A DNA stretch of 64,000 bases from Malacoraja senta. Its lineage: Eukaryota. The DNA is taken from positions 5,024,001 to 5,088,000 of the forward strand of contig CM075997.1 of assembly GCA_038087875.1 (NCBI GenBank), given 5' to 3'. The translations under genes and the position numbers were made by a program. Below, piece by piece: positions 43,544-64,000 of this stretch (position 1 is its first letter; each line of letters begins with the position of its first letter). The notes beneath the pieces are model-generated. The model did not search any database, was not told the DNA's origin, and worked only from the letters and a program-made list of their open reading frames with translations.

Positions 43544-44914
43544 CTATACAAATAAACATTAAAGAATTTAACATTAAACATAAAAATATCCCCCCACAAT
43601 GGTTCCCACTGTGAGGGAAGGCAGCAAAGTCCAGTCCTCTTCCTCTTGTTCACCCGTGTCGGGGCCTATTGAGGCCTCCGCAGTCACCGCAACGGCAGCC
43701 CGATGTTTCCGGCCCTCTCACCGGATGATGGAACTCCAGCGTCGGGGGAACACTCTCAGCGGCCTGGAGTGTCTGGAACGGCCGCTTGCTGCCAGAGACC
43801 GCGGCTCCCGAAGTCCACGGGCCGCGCTGGTCGGAGCTCCAACACTGGCGATCTCGGCGAGAGATCCCAGGCTCCGCGGTGCTTAAACTCAGCGCGGTGG
43901 CATGGTAGCGCAGCGGTAGAGTTGCTGACTCACAGCATCAGAGACGAAGTTTCAATCCCGAACCCGGGTCTCTGGAGCTGAGAGGTGCTGTCTGTACGGA
44001 GTTTGCACGTTCTCCCCGTGACCGGCGTGGGTTTTCTCCGAGATCTCCGATTTCCTCCCACACTCCAAGACGTACAGGATTGTAGGTTAATTGGCTTCGG
44101 TAAAATAATAAATTGTAAATTGTCCCTGATGTGTGTAGGATAGTGTTAGTGCGCGGGGATCGCTGGTCGGTGTGGACGCGGAAGGCCGAAGGGGCTGTTT
44201 CCACGCTGTATCCCTAAACTAAAAAGCACTCTCCTGCTGTTATTAAGTTCATAAGGTCATGAGGTCATAAGTGATAGGAGTAGAATCAGGCCATTCGGCC
44301 CATAAAGTCTACTCCACTATTCAATTATGGTTGATCTGTCTCTCCCTCCTAACCCCATTCTCCTGCCTTCTCCCCATAACCTCTGACTCCCGTACTAATT
44401 TAGAATCTGTCAATCTCTGCCTTAATAATATCCACAGACTTGGGCTCCACAGCCTCCACAGGCAAAGAATTCCCCAGATTCACCGACTGAACAAATTTCT
44501 CTTTCCGTCCTTTAATTCTGAGGCTAGTCCCAGACTCTCCCACTGGTGGAAACATCCTCTCCACATCCACTCTAACCAGGCTTTCACTGTTCGGTAAGTT
44601 TCAATGAGGTACCCCCTCATTTCTGGAGCTGGATGTAGTACGCTGAAAAATTCCAGCATCACTCAGCACTGGCCAATATTTGTTTTTACATTTTATCAAG
44701 CCAATTAACCTACAAACCTGTACGTCTTTGGAGTGTGGGAGGAAACGGAAGATCTCGGAGAAAACCCACGCAGGTCACGGGGAGAACGTACAAACTCCGT
44801 ACAGACAGCACCCGTAGTCGGGATCGAAACCCGGGTCTCTGGCGCTGTGAGGCAGCAACTCTACCACTGCGCCACCGTGCTGCCCCTTTTTAAGAATGTT
44901 TAAGAAGTTCTTAA

Positions 44915-45234
44915 TACCTTTGTCCCACGGTGCGAGTTCATTCCAAGAGCTCTCCCGAGTTTTTAAAAAATTAAACTCGTGGTAAGCACGGAGAATGAAC
45001 GTAGCGGGTACGTCGGAGCTCGGGGACGCCTCTTAGCGCTAACGGCAGGTACTCGGGAAGACTCGCTAACGGCAGGTAAGCACAGGAAGACTCGTGAAGA
45101 TTTTTCAACATGTTGAAAAATGTCCACGAGAGCCCCGAGTACCGACGAGTGGCCATTACCGTAAATCTCCGAGTTCGAATCTGGGCAAACTCGGGAGAGC
45201 TCTTGGAATGAACTCGTACAGTGGGACAGGGGTT
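44915..45234. mobile_element. PIF/Harbinger-like MITE, family A
   Basis: TGTCCCAC...GTGGGACA TIRs with a TAA TSD on both sides (44912-44914, 45235-45237). Confidence 0.8.
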
Positions 45235-45976
45235 TAAGTTTGTTTTTAGATCCTTGCTTTCTTGCTAAGGTCCAGTTTCACCAATGGACCTTCCTTCTCT
45301 GTAGTTGTAGCTGCAGAAGGATCTACTAACGGATGATCAGTCAGGTGGTCAGTGTGGTCGTAGATGACATGACCACTGGACCTGATCCTAAATACCACAC
45401 GGCTAACTCCCTTCCAACCGGCACAGTCATTGGAAGGTCCCGGCACAGTCTTTGGAGTGTGGGAGGAAACCGGAGCACCCGGAGCAGGTCACGGGGAGAA
45501 CGTACAAACTCCGCCCGTAGTCAGGATGGAACCTGGGTCTCCGGCGCTGTTAGGCAGCGACTCTACCGCTGCGCCACCGTGCCGCCCGACATACTTTAAT
45601 CAACTTTCAGCAGGTCTCTCCTGGAATCTTTGGTGATGCCGAGAAAACAATCTAAGTTTGTCCAAGCTTGTAGCTAAGGCAGCGTCTGGTAAACCACTTC
45701 TGCATCCTCCACATCCTTCCTGTTATGGGGTGACCAGAACTGTGCACAATACTCCAAATACAGCCTAACCAAAGCTTTCTAAAGCTGCAGCATGGCTTCC
45801 TGACTCTAATGCTCAATACCCTGGCCAGTGCAGGCAAGCATACCAAATGCCTTCTTTACCACTGTACTCTTGTTCACCAATGGACCTTCCTTCGTCAGTC
45901 AGATGGACAGTGTGTTCGTAGATACCATGACCTGCATTATATGGCATCATTTTGCAGTGGCAGGATTGCTGCCTAA

Positions 45977-46638
45977 TGGGCCTGTCCCACTTTGGCGACT
46001 GTTTAGGCGGCTGCAGGAGACTATGGGGTCGCCACATGTTCGCGGGTGGTTGCCGGGGAGTCGCCCTCATGGTCGTGAGGAGTTCCCGCATTCTGGGAAC
46101 TGGTCGCGGCCTCATTATGGTCGCCACGAATCTTTCAACATGTTGAAAAATTAGCGGCGACTAGAATGAAGCCGCCATGGAGAGTAGCGAGAGTTCTCGT
46201 GTCGCAGGTGGGTCGCCAGGAGGTCCTAGTGGGTTGCCAGGAGGTCGAAGGTTCTCGTAGGTTGGAGCCGGTGCTGCTGGGGAAAAAAAACTCATTGGGG
46301 GAAAAAAAAACGTAAGCAGTAGTTTTCAGAACCAAGGATAACCGACCGGTAACGTTAAATGTCCGCCGAGCTTCACAGCCGTGTTTCTCTGGCTTCTTAA
46401 AAGTTGTCTCCACTCCTTCCCCCCTCCCCGTCTCCCCTTCTCCTGCCTTCTCGCCCCACTCCGCGCCCCCCCTTTAAAGGACTTACGTGACCCTTCCCGG
46501 ACACTGTGCTTTCACCATCTTTATTACAGCGCCAACCTTCCTGTTCATCGCGGTGTGTGTCTGTATCACATTGGCTTTGCACCGTGTGATTTTCACTCAG
46601 ACAGCGCTCCCCCCACTTGCCCTGTACCCCGCCCGCAT

Positions 46639-46640
<2 letters not shown>
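45977..46640. mobile_element. Harbinger-like non-autonomous element, family C (only one TIR visible)
   Basis: TAA followed by TGGGCCTGTCCCAC; shares the internal palindrome TTTCAACATGTTGAAA with family A; CpG-rich; runs into a microsatellite. Confidence 0.55.
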
Positions 46641-46683
<43 letters not shown>

Positions 46684-46684
46684 G

Positions 46685-46715
<31 letters not shown>

Positions 46716-47430
46716 CCGTCCGTGTGCGTGTCCATCCGTGTGTGTGTCCGTCCGTGTGTGTGTGTGTCCGTCCGTGTGTGTGTCCGTCCGTGTGTGTGTC
46801 TGTCCGTGTCCGTCCATGTGTGTGTCCGTGTGTGTGTCCGTGTGTGTGTGTGTGTCTGTGTGTGTGTGTGGTATCAATGAGGTAGATAGTAGTTCAGGAC
46901 TGCTCAGTAATCTTGATGGGATCATTCAGTTGCCTGATAAAAGGACTTGTCTTATTGTGTTGCGTGTGTGCGCTCATGTTCATGTTTCTCTGTGTGTGTC
47001 CGTCTGTGTCTGTGTCTCTTTGTGTCTGTCTGTCTGTCTGTGTCCATGTGTGCGTCTGTGTCTCTGTGTGTGCATCTGTGTCTGTGTGTGTGCATCTGTG
47101 TCCGTGTGTGTATGTGTCTGTGTCTCTGTGTGTGTGTGTCTGTGTGACTGTCTATGTGTGTGTGTGTGTGCGTGTCTGTGTGTGTGTGTGTCTGTCTGAA
47201 TGTGTGCGTGTCTGTGTGTGTGTGTCTGTGTCTGTGTGTCTGTGTCTGTGTCTCTGTGTCTGTGTCTCTGTGTGTGTGTGTGTGTGTGTGTGTCTCTGTC
47301 TGAATGTGTGCGTGTCTCTGTGTCTGTGTCTGTGTCTGTCTGTGTGTGTGTGTGTGTGTCTGTGTGTGTGTGCGTGTCCATGTCCGTGTGTCTGTGTCTG
47401 TCTCTGTGTGTGTGTGTGTGTGCATGTGTG
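46641..47430. repeat. (GT)n / (GTCT)n microsatellite complex
   Basis: Directly visible, with a short non-repeat interruption at ~46870-46960. Confidence 0.93.
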
Positions 47431-48887
47431 TAGAATAATGCAAGTTATGCAAGACTCTGACCGGAAATTGTAATCATGTATTGTATTTCCGCTGACTGGT
47501 TAGCACGCAACAAAAGCTGCACACTGGACCTCGGTACATGTGACAATAAACTAAACTGAACTAAACTGCACCCATTCAGCTCCTCACGCCCACTGCCATA
47601 TCAGCTGAGCACAGAAGCCATTCCGAGCTACACTGTACATCAATGGTTTAATGGTACATTCTTTGTCACATGTGCCGAGGTACAGTGAAATTCATTGTTG
47701 TATACATTTCAGTACAAGTATCACTGTACACAAGCACTTAGATATATGAAGTTAGAGAAGTCAATGTTCATACCGCTGGGGTGTAAGCTGCCTAAGTGAA
47801 ATATGAGGTGCTGTTCCTCCAATTTGCGCTGGGCCTCACTCTGACAGTGGAGGAGGCCCAGGACAGAAAGGTCAGTGTGGGAATGGGAGGGGGGGTTTGG
47901 GAAACCCGTCATTCCAAGCCTTGGAAATCGTAGCGTGAGACACCTATTACAGGACACTGCTTGAAATAAGATTTCTTGGTTTCTTGGTTCTTGGTCCTCC
48001 TAAAATATTCCAAATGGAATTGAAACTGGAGGTGGCAGAGACACCAGACAGGCCGGGGCAGAGTGGGGATGTTTGAATCTGAGCAAGGCCCCGTCTAGAG
48101 GTAGTCAGCAAGGTAATGTTCCCCATGTTGGTGGAGTCCAGAACCAGGGGGTCACAGTGTAAGAATAAGGGGTCGGCCATTTAGGACTGAGTTGAGGAAA
48201 AACGTTTTCACCCAGAGAGTTGTGAATCTGTGGAATTCTCTACCACAGAAGCCAGTGGAGGCCAATTCACTGGATGTTTTCTCTCTTGAATATTGCTGGA
48301 TATTGAGTTGGTTATAGCTCTCGGAGCTAACGGAATCAAAGGATATGGGGAGAAGGCAGGAACGGGGTACTGATTCTGGATGATCAGCCGTGATCATCCA
48401 GAACGGAGACGAGGAAACACTTTTTCTCACAGGGTGTGGTGAGTCTGTGGAATTCTCTGCCTCAGAGGGCGGTGGAGGCAGGTTCTCTGGATGGTTTCAA
48501 GAGAGAGCTAGATGGGGCTCGTAAAGATAGCGGAGTCAGGGGATATGGGGAGAAGGCAGGAACGGGGTACTGATTGGGGATGATCAGCAATGATCACATT
48601 GAATGGTGGTGCTGGCTCGAAGGGCCGAATGGCCTACTCCTGCACCTACTTTCTATGTTTCTATGTTTCTAATCAGCAAGTTGCTCTTTGGTTTATCGAC
48701 TGCACCATGTCTCTCAGCCGCTGCGCTGGGACTGTACACAAAGTCAAGGCCAATATGGTAACCGCATCCGGCAAGTACTAGATTGTGGGGTGGCACGGTG
48801 GCACAGCGGTAGAGTTGCTGCCTCACAGCGCCAGAGACCCGGGTTCCATCCTGACTACTACAGGTGCTGTCTGTACGGAGTTTGTAC

Positions 48888-49258
48888 ATTCTTAAGGGGT
48901 TGGACAGGCTAGATGCAGGAAGATTATTCCCGATGTTGGGGAAGTCCAGAACTAGGGGTCACAGTTTAAGGATAAGAGGGAAGACTTTTAGGACCGAGAT
49001 GAGAAAATCATTTTTCACACAGAGAGTGGTGAATCTGTGGAACTCTCTGCCACAGAAGGTAGTTGAGGCCAGTTCATTGGCTATATTTAAGAGGGAGTTA
49101 GATGTGGCCCTTGTGGCTAAAGGGATCAGGGGGTATGGAGAGAAGGCAGGGATGGGATACTGAGTTGGATGATCAGCCATGATCATATCATGCAGGCTCG
49201 AAGGGCCGAATGGCCTACTCCTGCACCTATTTTCTATCTTTCTATGTTTCTATGTTCT
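48888..49258 (+). mobile_element. CR1 3' fragment nested in a tRNA-SINE (SINE spans ~48790-49415)
   Basis: The SINE motif tttgtacgttctccccgtg is split by a CR1 tail ending in (TTCTATGT)n. Confidence 0.85.
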
Positions 49259-49519
49259 CCCCGTGCTCCAGTTTCCTCCCACACACCTGGCTTGGTAAAT
49301 GTGTAAATTGTCCCTAGTGTGTGTAGGATAGTGTTAATGTGCGGGGATCGCTGGTCGGAGCGGACTCAGTGGGCCGAAGGGCCTGTTTCCGTGCTGTATC
49401 TCTAAACTAAATACTAAAAATATCAGTCTAGAGCACTACAAGGTTTGTGCTGCACAGTGGTGCTGTCTCACAACTCCAGTGACCAGGTTTAGCCCTGATG
49501 TAGGTTAATTGGCCTGGTG

Positions 49520-50690
49520 GTATCGTATATGGACTTTCAAAAAGCCTTTGACAAGGTCTCACACAAGAGATTAGTGTGCAAAATTACAACTCATGATATT
49601 GGGGGTAAGGTATTGACAGGGATAGAGCCAAAAATGGATAGAGAACTGGTTGGCAGACAGGAAGCAAAGAGTAGGAATTAACGGGCCGCAAGGATAAGTT
49701 CTGCGACCCTAGTTATTTACAATATATATTAACGATTTAGGTGAGGGAATTAAATGTAACATCACCAAGTTTGTGGATGACACAAAGCTGGGTGACAGTG
49801 TGAGCTGCGAGGAGGATGCTATGAGGCTGCAGGGTGACTTGGATAGGTTGGGTGAGTGGGCAGAGGCATGGCAGATGCAGTATAATGTGGATAAATGTGA
49901 GGTTATCCATTTTGGTGGCAAGAACAGGAAGACAGATTATTATCTGAATTGTGTCAGATTAGGAAAAGGGGAGGTGCAATGAGACCTGGGAATCCTTGTA
50001 CATCAGTCACTGAAAGTAAGCATGCAGGTACAGCAGGCAGTGAAGAAAGCCAATTGCCGTCATTGCGAGAGGATTTCAGTTTAGGAGCAAGGAAGTCCTA
50101 CTGCAGTTGGACAGGGCCCAGGTGAGACCATACCTGGAGTATTGTGTGCAGATTTTGGTCTCCTAATTTGAGGAAGGATATTATTGCTATTGAGGGAGTG
50201 AAGCGTAGGTTCATCAGGTTAATTTCTGGGATGGCGGGACTGACATATGATTAAAGAATGGGTCAACTGAGCTTGTATTCACTGGCATTTAGAAGGATGA
50301 GAGGGGATCTTGTAGAAACATAAAATTATTGAAGAATTGGACAGGCTAGATGCAGGAAAAATGTTCCCAATGCTGGGGGAGTCCAGAACCAGGGGTCACA
50401 GTTTAAGAATAAAGGGTAGGCCATTTAGGACTGGGATGAGGAAAAACCTTTTCACCCAGAGAGTTGTGAATCTGTGGGATTCTCTGCCACAGAAGGCAGT
50501 GGAGGCCAATTCACTGGATGTTTTAAAGAGAGAGTTAGATTTAGCTCTTTGGGCTAAAGGAATCAAGGGATATGGGGAGAAAGCAGGAACGGGGTACTGA
50601 TTTTAGATGATCAGCCATTATCATAATGCATGGCAGTGCTGGCTCGACGGACCGAATGGCCTACTGCTGCACCTGTTTGTCTCTGTTTAT
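49520..50690 (+). mobile_element. Decayed CR1 LINE 3' region (RT to 3' UTR)
   Basis: DFQKAFDKV, KFVDDTKL and WQMQYNVDKC remnants with several stops and frameshifts. Confidence 0.9.
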
Positions 50691-51800
50691 AATGTGAGGG
50701 GATCAGTGGTCGGCACAGGCTCGGTGGGCCGAAGGGCCTGTGTCCAACCTGTATCTCTAAACTAAACTAAACCTGCACCTGGAGTTCTTGCATACACATA
50801 TAAATGAAACTAAACATATTCTCCTCTTAAAGTTACATGGAACTGGTGTGAATGGATGATTGATGGTCAGCATAGACTTGGTGGGCCGAAGGGCCTGTTC
50901 CCCTGCTGTATCACTCAGTCCGTTCAATTAGACGGTGTTGCTGCCTTTGTGGGCTCTTCGTGAGGAGTGTGGACATTCATTCCATGCTGACTACCTGGTA
51001 TGGGGAGTCTTGCCTCTTGCATCGAGCCAACTTCCTCTTTCCACTCCTCTCCTTCCACCTTTAGTTTAGTTTAGTTTAGAGATACAGCGCGGAAACAGGC
51101 CCTTCGGCCCACCGAGCCCGCACCGACCAGCGATCCCCGCACATTAACACCATCTACACACACTAGGGACAATTTAACATTGATACCAAACCAATTACCC
51201 TACAAACCTGTACATCTTCGGAGTGTGGGAGGAAACCGGAGCACCCAGATAAAGCCCACGCAGGTCACGGTCTCGTGACCACGGGTGCTGTCTGTACGGA
51301 GTTTGCACGTTCTCCCTGTGACCTGCGTGGGTTTTCTCCGAGATCTCCGGTTTCCTCCCACACTCCAAAGACGTGCAGGTTTGTAGGCTAATTGACTTTG
51401 TATAAGTGTAAATTGTCCCTGGTGTGTGTAGATAGTGTTAGTGTACGGGGATCGCTGGTCGGTGGGCCATAGCGCCTGGTTCCGTGCTGTATCTCTAAAC
51501 TAGACTAAACTAACCTACAAACCTGTTAATTAACCTACAAACCTAAACCTAAGCCAATTAACCTACAAAACTGTACGTCTCTGGAGTGTGGGCAGAAACC
51601 AAAGATCTCGGAGAAAACCCACGCAGGTCACGGGGAGAACGTACAAACTCCGTACAGACAGCACCCGTAGTCAGGATAGAACCCGGGTCTCTGGCGCTGT
51701 GAGGCAGCAACTCTACCGCTGCGCCACCCTGCTGCCTTTAATGCCGAGCGTTCGTTGGTGGTGACCCGCACGTTTGACCTGATGTTTTGTGTCCCCACAG

Positions 51801-51906
51801 ATGTGGACGGGAACATGCGATGCAGTAGCGAGACGGTGAAGGTGACGTTGATGATGCACAGCTGGATCATCCCATCCGCTGAATTCGCCCACAAACTCCT
51901 GCTCCT
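51801..51906 (+). CDS. RASGRP4: RASGRP4-like exon 3 (REM domain), ending at a U12-type donor
   Basis: Acceptor tgtgtccccacAG at 51800. Phase-1 join with exon 2 gives SF-D: DVDGNMRCSSETVKVTLMMHSWIIPSAEFAHKLLLL, resembling RASGRP4 (MHSWVLPSADLAARLLTSY) and RASGRP1 (DADGNLCRS). Followed directly by ATATCCTTT. Confidence 0.88.
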
Positions 51907-51915
51907 ATATCCTTT
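51907..51915 (+). promoter_or_regulatory. U12-type (minor spliceosome) AT-AC 5' splice site
   Basis: Exact U12 donor consensus ATATCCTTT, placed where RASGRP protein similarity ends. Confidence 0.85.
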
Positions 51916-53341
51916 CAACTTCTCGCATCGTAGCGCCACGGTGGTACTAGCAACCCTGTTCAATCTAGCTCATTGTCGGAGGAGAAAGGGTGTTCGCTAC
52001 ACTGAGAGGGTGGACAAACTTGGACTGTGTTCAGTCTAGTTTATTGTCACGTGTACCGAGGTCCAGTGAAAAGCTTTAGTTGCGTGCTAACCAGTCAGCG
52101 GAAAGACAATACATGATTACAATCGAGCCGTTTACAGTGTACGGATACATGATAAAGGAATAACCTTTAGTGCAAGGTAAAGCCAGCAAAGTCCGATCAA
52201 GGATAGTCCGAGGGTCTCCAATGAGGTAGATAGTAGTTCAGCACTGCTCTCTGGTTGTGGTAGGATGGTTCAGTAGCCTGATAACAGCTGGGAAGAAACT
52301 GGCCCTGAATCTGGAGGTGTGCGTTTTCACACTTCTGTACCTTTTGCCCGATGGGAGAGGGGAGAAGAGGGAGTGGCCGGGGTGAGACTGGTCCTTGATG
52401 ATGCTGCTGGCCTTGCCGAGGCAGCGTGAGGTGGTCAGACTGAGATATCCGGAAAGCAGTTTAATTGTTAAAAAGATTGGCAAGAACAATTTATATCGAG
52501 TGGTGGTGATTAACAACTTTTTATAAAATGTATTGCATAAGTTCATAAGTGAGAGGAGCAGAACCAGATCTACTCCACCATTCAATCATGGCTGATCTAT
52601 CTCTCCCTCCTAACCCCATTCTCCTGCCTTCTCCCCATTACCCCTGACACCCGTACTAATCACTTTATCTCTGGCATCTCTAGTACAGTACTATCGCAAC
52701 GTTTAAGAAACTTTTAGACAGGTACTGTACATGGATAGGACAGGTTCAGAGGGATATGGGCCAAACGCAGGCAGGTGGGACTAGTGTAGCTGTCACTGAA
52801 TGGTCTCATTCTGCTTGTAAGTTGAATTAGGCCATTCACCTTGAAATGCAACGTATATATATACACATATATATTGTGTGTGTGTGTCTGTCTGTCTGTC
52901 TGAGCTAGTGTGTGTGAATGCATAGAAACATAGAAAATAAGTGCAGGAGGAGGCCATTTGGCCCTTCGAGCCAGCACCGCCATTCATCCCCAATCAGTAA
53001 CCCGTGCCTGCCTTCTCCCCATATCCCATGATTCCCCTAGAGCTCGACCTAACTCTCTTTTAAATCCATCCAGTGACTTGGCCTCCACTGCCCTCTGTGG
53101 CAGGGAATTCCACAGATTCACAACTCTCTGGGTTAAAATGATTTTTCTCATCTCAGTTTTAAATGGCCCCTTTATTCTAAGACTGTGGCCCCTGGTTCTG
53201 GACTCGCCCAACATTGGGAACATTTTTCCTGCATCTAGCTTGTCCAGTCCTTTTATAATTTTATACGTTTATTTAAGATCCCCTCATCCTTCTAAATTCC
53301 AGTGAATACAAGCCCAGTCTTTCCAATCTTTCCTCTTATGG

Positions 53342-53649
53342 CATGTGTGTGTAGGCCTGTGTGTGTCTGTGTACACATGTGTGTGCGTGCACACATGCGT
53401 ATGTCTGTGTGCGTGTGCATGTGTGTACATGTGTGAGCGTGTATGCATGAGTGTGTGTGTGTGTCTATGTGCGTGCGTGTGTGTGCATGTGTCTGTGTTT
53501 CTTTGTGTGTGCGTATGTGTGTGCATGTGTATGTGTGCACGGGTGCGTGTTTGTATGTGTATGTGTGCGTGCATGTGTCGTATGTGTGTGCATTTGTGTG
53601 TGTGTACCTGTGTGTGCGTGTCTGTTTGTGTGTGCGTGCATGTGTGTGC

Positions 53650-53686
<37 letters not shown>

Positions 53687-54082
53687 TGTGTGTGTGTGTG
53701 TATGTGTGTGTGTGTGTGTATGTGTGTGCGTGTGTGTATGTGTGCGTGCGCAGGAGCGTGTGAATGCCGCATGGGTGTGTCATATGTGTGTGCATTTGTG
53801 TGTGTGTGCCTATGCGTGTGTGTGTGCCTATGCATGTGTGTGCTTTCGTGTGCATGCGTGTGTGCGTGCTTGCATGTGCATGTGCGTGCGTGTTTGCGTG
53901 TGCGTGTGTGTGCATGTGCGTGTGTGCGTGTGTGCATGCGTGTTTGCGCGCGTGTGTGTGCGTGTGTGCATGTGTGCGTGCGTGTGTGTGCGCATGTGTG
54001 CGTGCGTGTGCGTGTGTGTGTGCGTGTGTGTGTGTGTGCGTGCGTGAGTGCGTGCGTGCATGCGTGCGTGTGTGCGTGTGTA
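53342..54082. repeat. Degenerate (GT)n / (GCAT/GCGT) microsatellite
   Basis: Directly visible. Confidence 0.93.
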
Positions 54083-54084
54083 TT

Positions 54085-54320
54085 TGGCTGCTAGACCTAG
54101 TCATTGTGAACGAGGCCACAGTAGTCGGTACCAGAGAGGGGTTTTCCTCATGCTGAGAGACTTCCCCATTTGGTACGTTTCTCCTTTGAAGGGTTGAGTT
54201 CAGAGAAGTGAGGCCTTGCACAGCAGCCTTGAGGTCACGGAGCAGGTAGATAAGAATATCTGCTTCCTGCTGAGGTGGAGCTTTAAAAGTCCCTGCACAC
54301 ACACAATAACCCAGCCTAGC
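54085..54320. promoter_or_regulatory. Candidate intronic haematopoietic enhancer
   Basis: Unique island with NF-kB-like GGGGTTTTCC (54138-54147), PU.1-like GGGGAAGT on the - strand (~54160-54167), GATA AGATAAG (54248-54254) and ETS CTTCCTG (54263-54269). Motif evidence only. Confidence 0.3.
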
Positions 54321-54695
54321 ACAGCAGGTCTTGAGAACCAGAGGACATGGGTTCAAGGTGAAGGGGAAAAGATTTAATACGAATCCAAGGGGTACTTCTT
54401 CACACAAATAGTGTTAGATGCATGGAGCGAGCTGCCAGAGGAGGTAGTTGTTGCAGGGACTATTGCAGCGTTTAAGAACCACTTAGACAGGTACATGGAT
54501 AGGACAGGTTTGGAGGGATATGGACAAAACGCAGGCAGGTGCGACTAGTGTAGCTGGGGCATGTTGGCTGGTCCACACTGTATCACTCTGTGACTCTATG
54601 ATCTTTGACTGTAAGTAACATTTCTGTTCAAACCAGGGAGAAGAGTTTAAATGTAATTAAAAGGAAGTGCAGATGCTCGTTTACACCAACGATAG

Positions 54696-55145
<450 letters not shown>

Positions 55146-55499
55146 TAAACGTTGGGATAGTCCCAGCCGCAACTACCTCCTCTGGCAGCTTGTTCCATAC
55201 ACCCACCGCCCTCTGTGTGAAAATGTTACCCCTCAGATTCCTATTAAATCTTTTCCCCTTCACCTTAAAATGGTATTTAAGAATATTTGGTGATTTTTGT
55301 ATTTGGTGATGGGCGTTTGTATTGTTTTGTATTGCAAATATTATTGATGTAAATAATTGATTACATTTATTTTCTGGTTTAAACAAAAGCATATCCTCCT
55401 CTGGGAAGTGCACACACAGAGTGGTGGAGTGATACAGTGTGGAAACAGGCCCTTCACCTTAAACCTGTGTCCTATGCCCACCTTAAACCTGTGCCCTCT

Positions 55500-56064
55500 G
55501 GGCGTCCTTGTTCATCACTCACTGAAAGTAAGCATGCAGGTACAGCAGGCAGTGAAGAAAGCTATCTTCATAACAAGAGTAGTTGAGTATAGGTCCTTCT
55601 GCAGTTGTACAGGGCACTAGTGAGACCACACCTGGAGTATTGTGTGCAGTTTTGGTCTCCAAATTTGAGGAAGGACATTCTTGCTATTGAGGGAGTGCAG
55701 CGTAGGTTCACCAGGTTAATTCCCGGGATGGCGGGACTGTCATATGTTGATAGAATGGAGCGGCTGGGCTTGTACACTCTGGAATTTAGAAGGCTGAGAG
55801 TGGATCTTATTGAAACATATAAGATTATTAAGGGTTTGGACGCGCTAGAGGCAGGAAACATGTTCCCGATATTGGGGGAGTCCAGAACCAAGGGCCACAG
55901 TTTTAAGAATAAGGAGTAGGCCATTTAGAACGGAGTTGAGGAAAAGCTTTTTCACCCAGAGAGTTGTGAATCTGTGGAATTCTCTGCCTCAGAAGGCAAT
56001 GGAGGCCGGTTCTCTGGATGCTTTCAAGAGAGAGTTAGATAGAGCTCTTAAAAATAGCTCTATC
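55500..56064 (+). mobile_element. CR1 LINE 3' fragment truncated by the assembly gap
   Basis: ORFs 55605-55919 and 55936 onward carry CR1 C-terminal motifs. Confidence 0.88.
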
Positions 56065-56264
56065 NNNNNNNNNNNNNNNNNNNNNNNNNNNNNNNNNNNN
56101 NNNNNNNNNNNNNNNNNNNNNNNNNNNNNNNNNNNNNNNNNNNNNNNNNNNNNNNNNNNNNNNNNNNNNNNNNNNNNNNNNNNNNNNNNNNNNNNNNNNN
56201 NNNNNNNNNNNNNNNNNNNNNNNNNNNNNNNNNNNNNNNNNNNNNNNNNNNNNNNNNNNNNNNN
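56065..56264. other. Assembly gap (200 N)
   Basis: Run of exactly 200 N. Confidence 1.

Positions 56265-64000
<7,736 letters not shown>

Overview
Eukaryotic, repeat-dense genomic DNA, most likely from a cartilaginous fish (skate/ray-like). This is inferred from the HE1-type tRNA/V-SINEs, HER1/CR1 LINEs, Rex1/Babar fragments and Penelope-derived repeats. The only host gene I can support is the 5' part of a + strand RASGRP4-like Ras guanyl-releasing protein gene: a probable coding exon 1 (4998-5065), a possible alternative non-coding first exon (ending 21859), exon 2 (37720-37901) and exon 3 (51801-51906). Exon 3 ends at a U12-type AT-AC minor-spliceosome donor (ATATCCTTT). After a 200-N gap (56065-56264), about 35990-41859, including exon 2, is repeated; this is probably an uncollapsed haplotype. 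The rest is transposon debris and microsatellite, and almost all long ORFs in the track are repeat artefacts. The most interesting non-genic signals are: ~95-180 bp Penelope-related mini-elements with 13-16 bp target-site duplications, several with a minimal hammerhead-ribozyme core; a 21-unit AGGTCA DR3 array grown from one such element; complementary (GT)n/(CA)n arrays around exon 2; and an unclassified 1 kb TIR element with a 7-bp TSD. All homology calls are from recall, with no database search, and many repeat boundaries are approximate.
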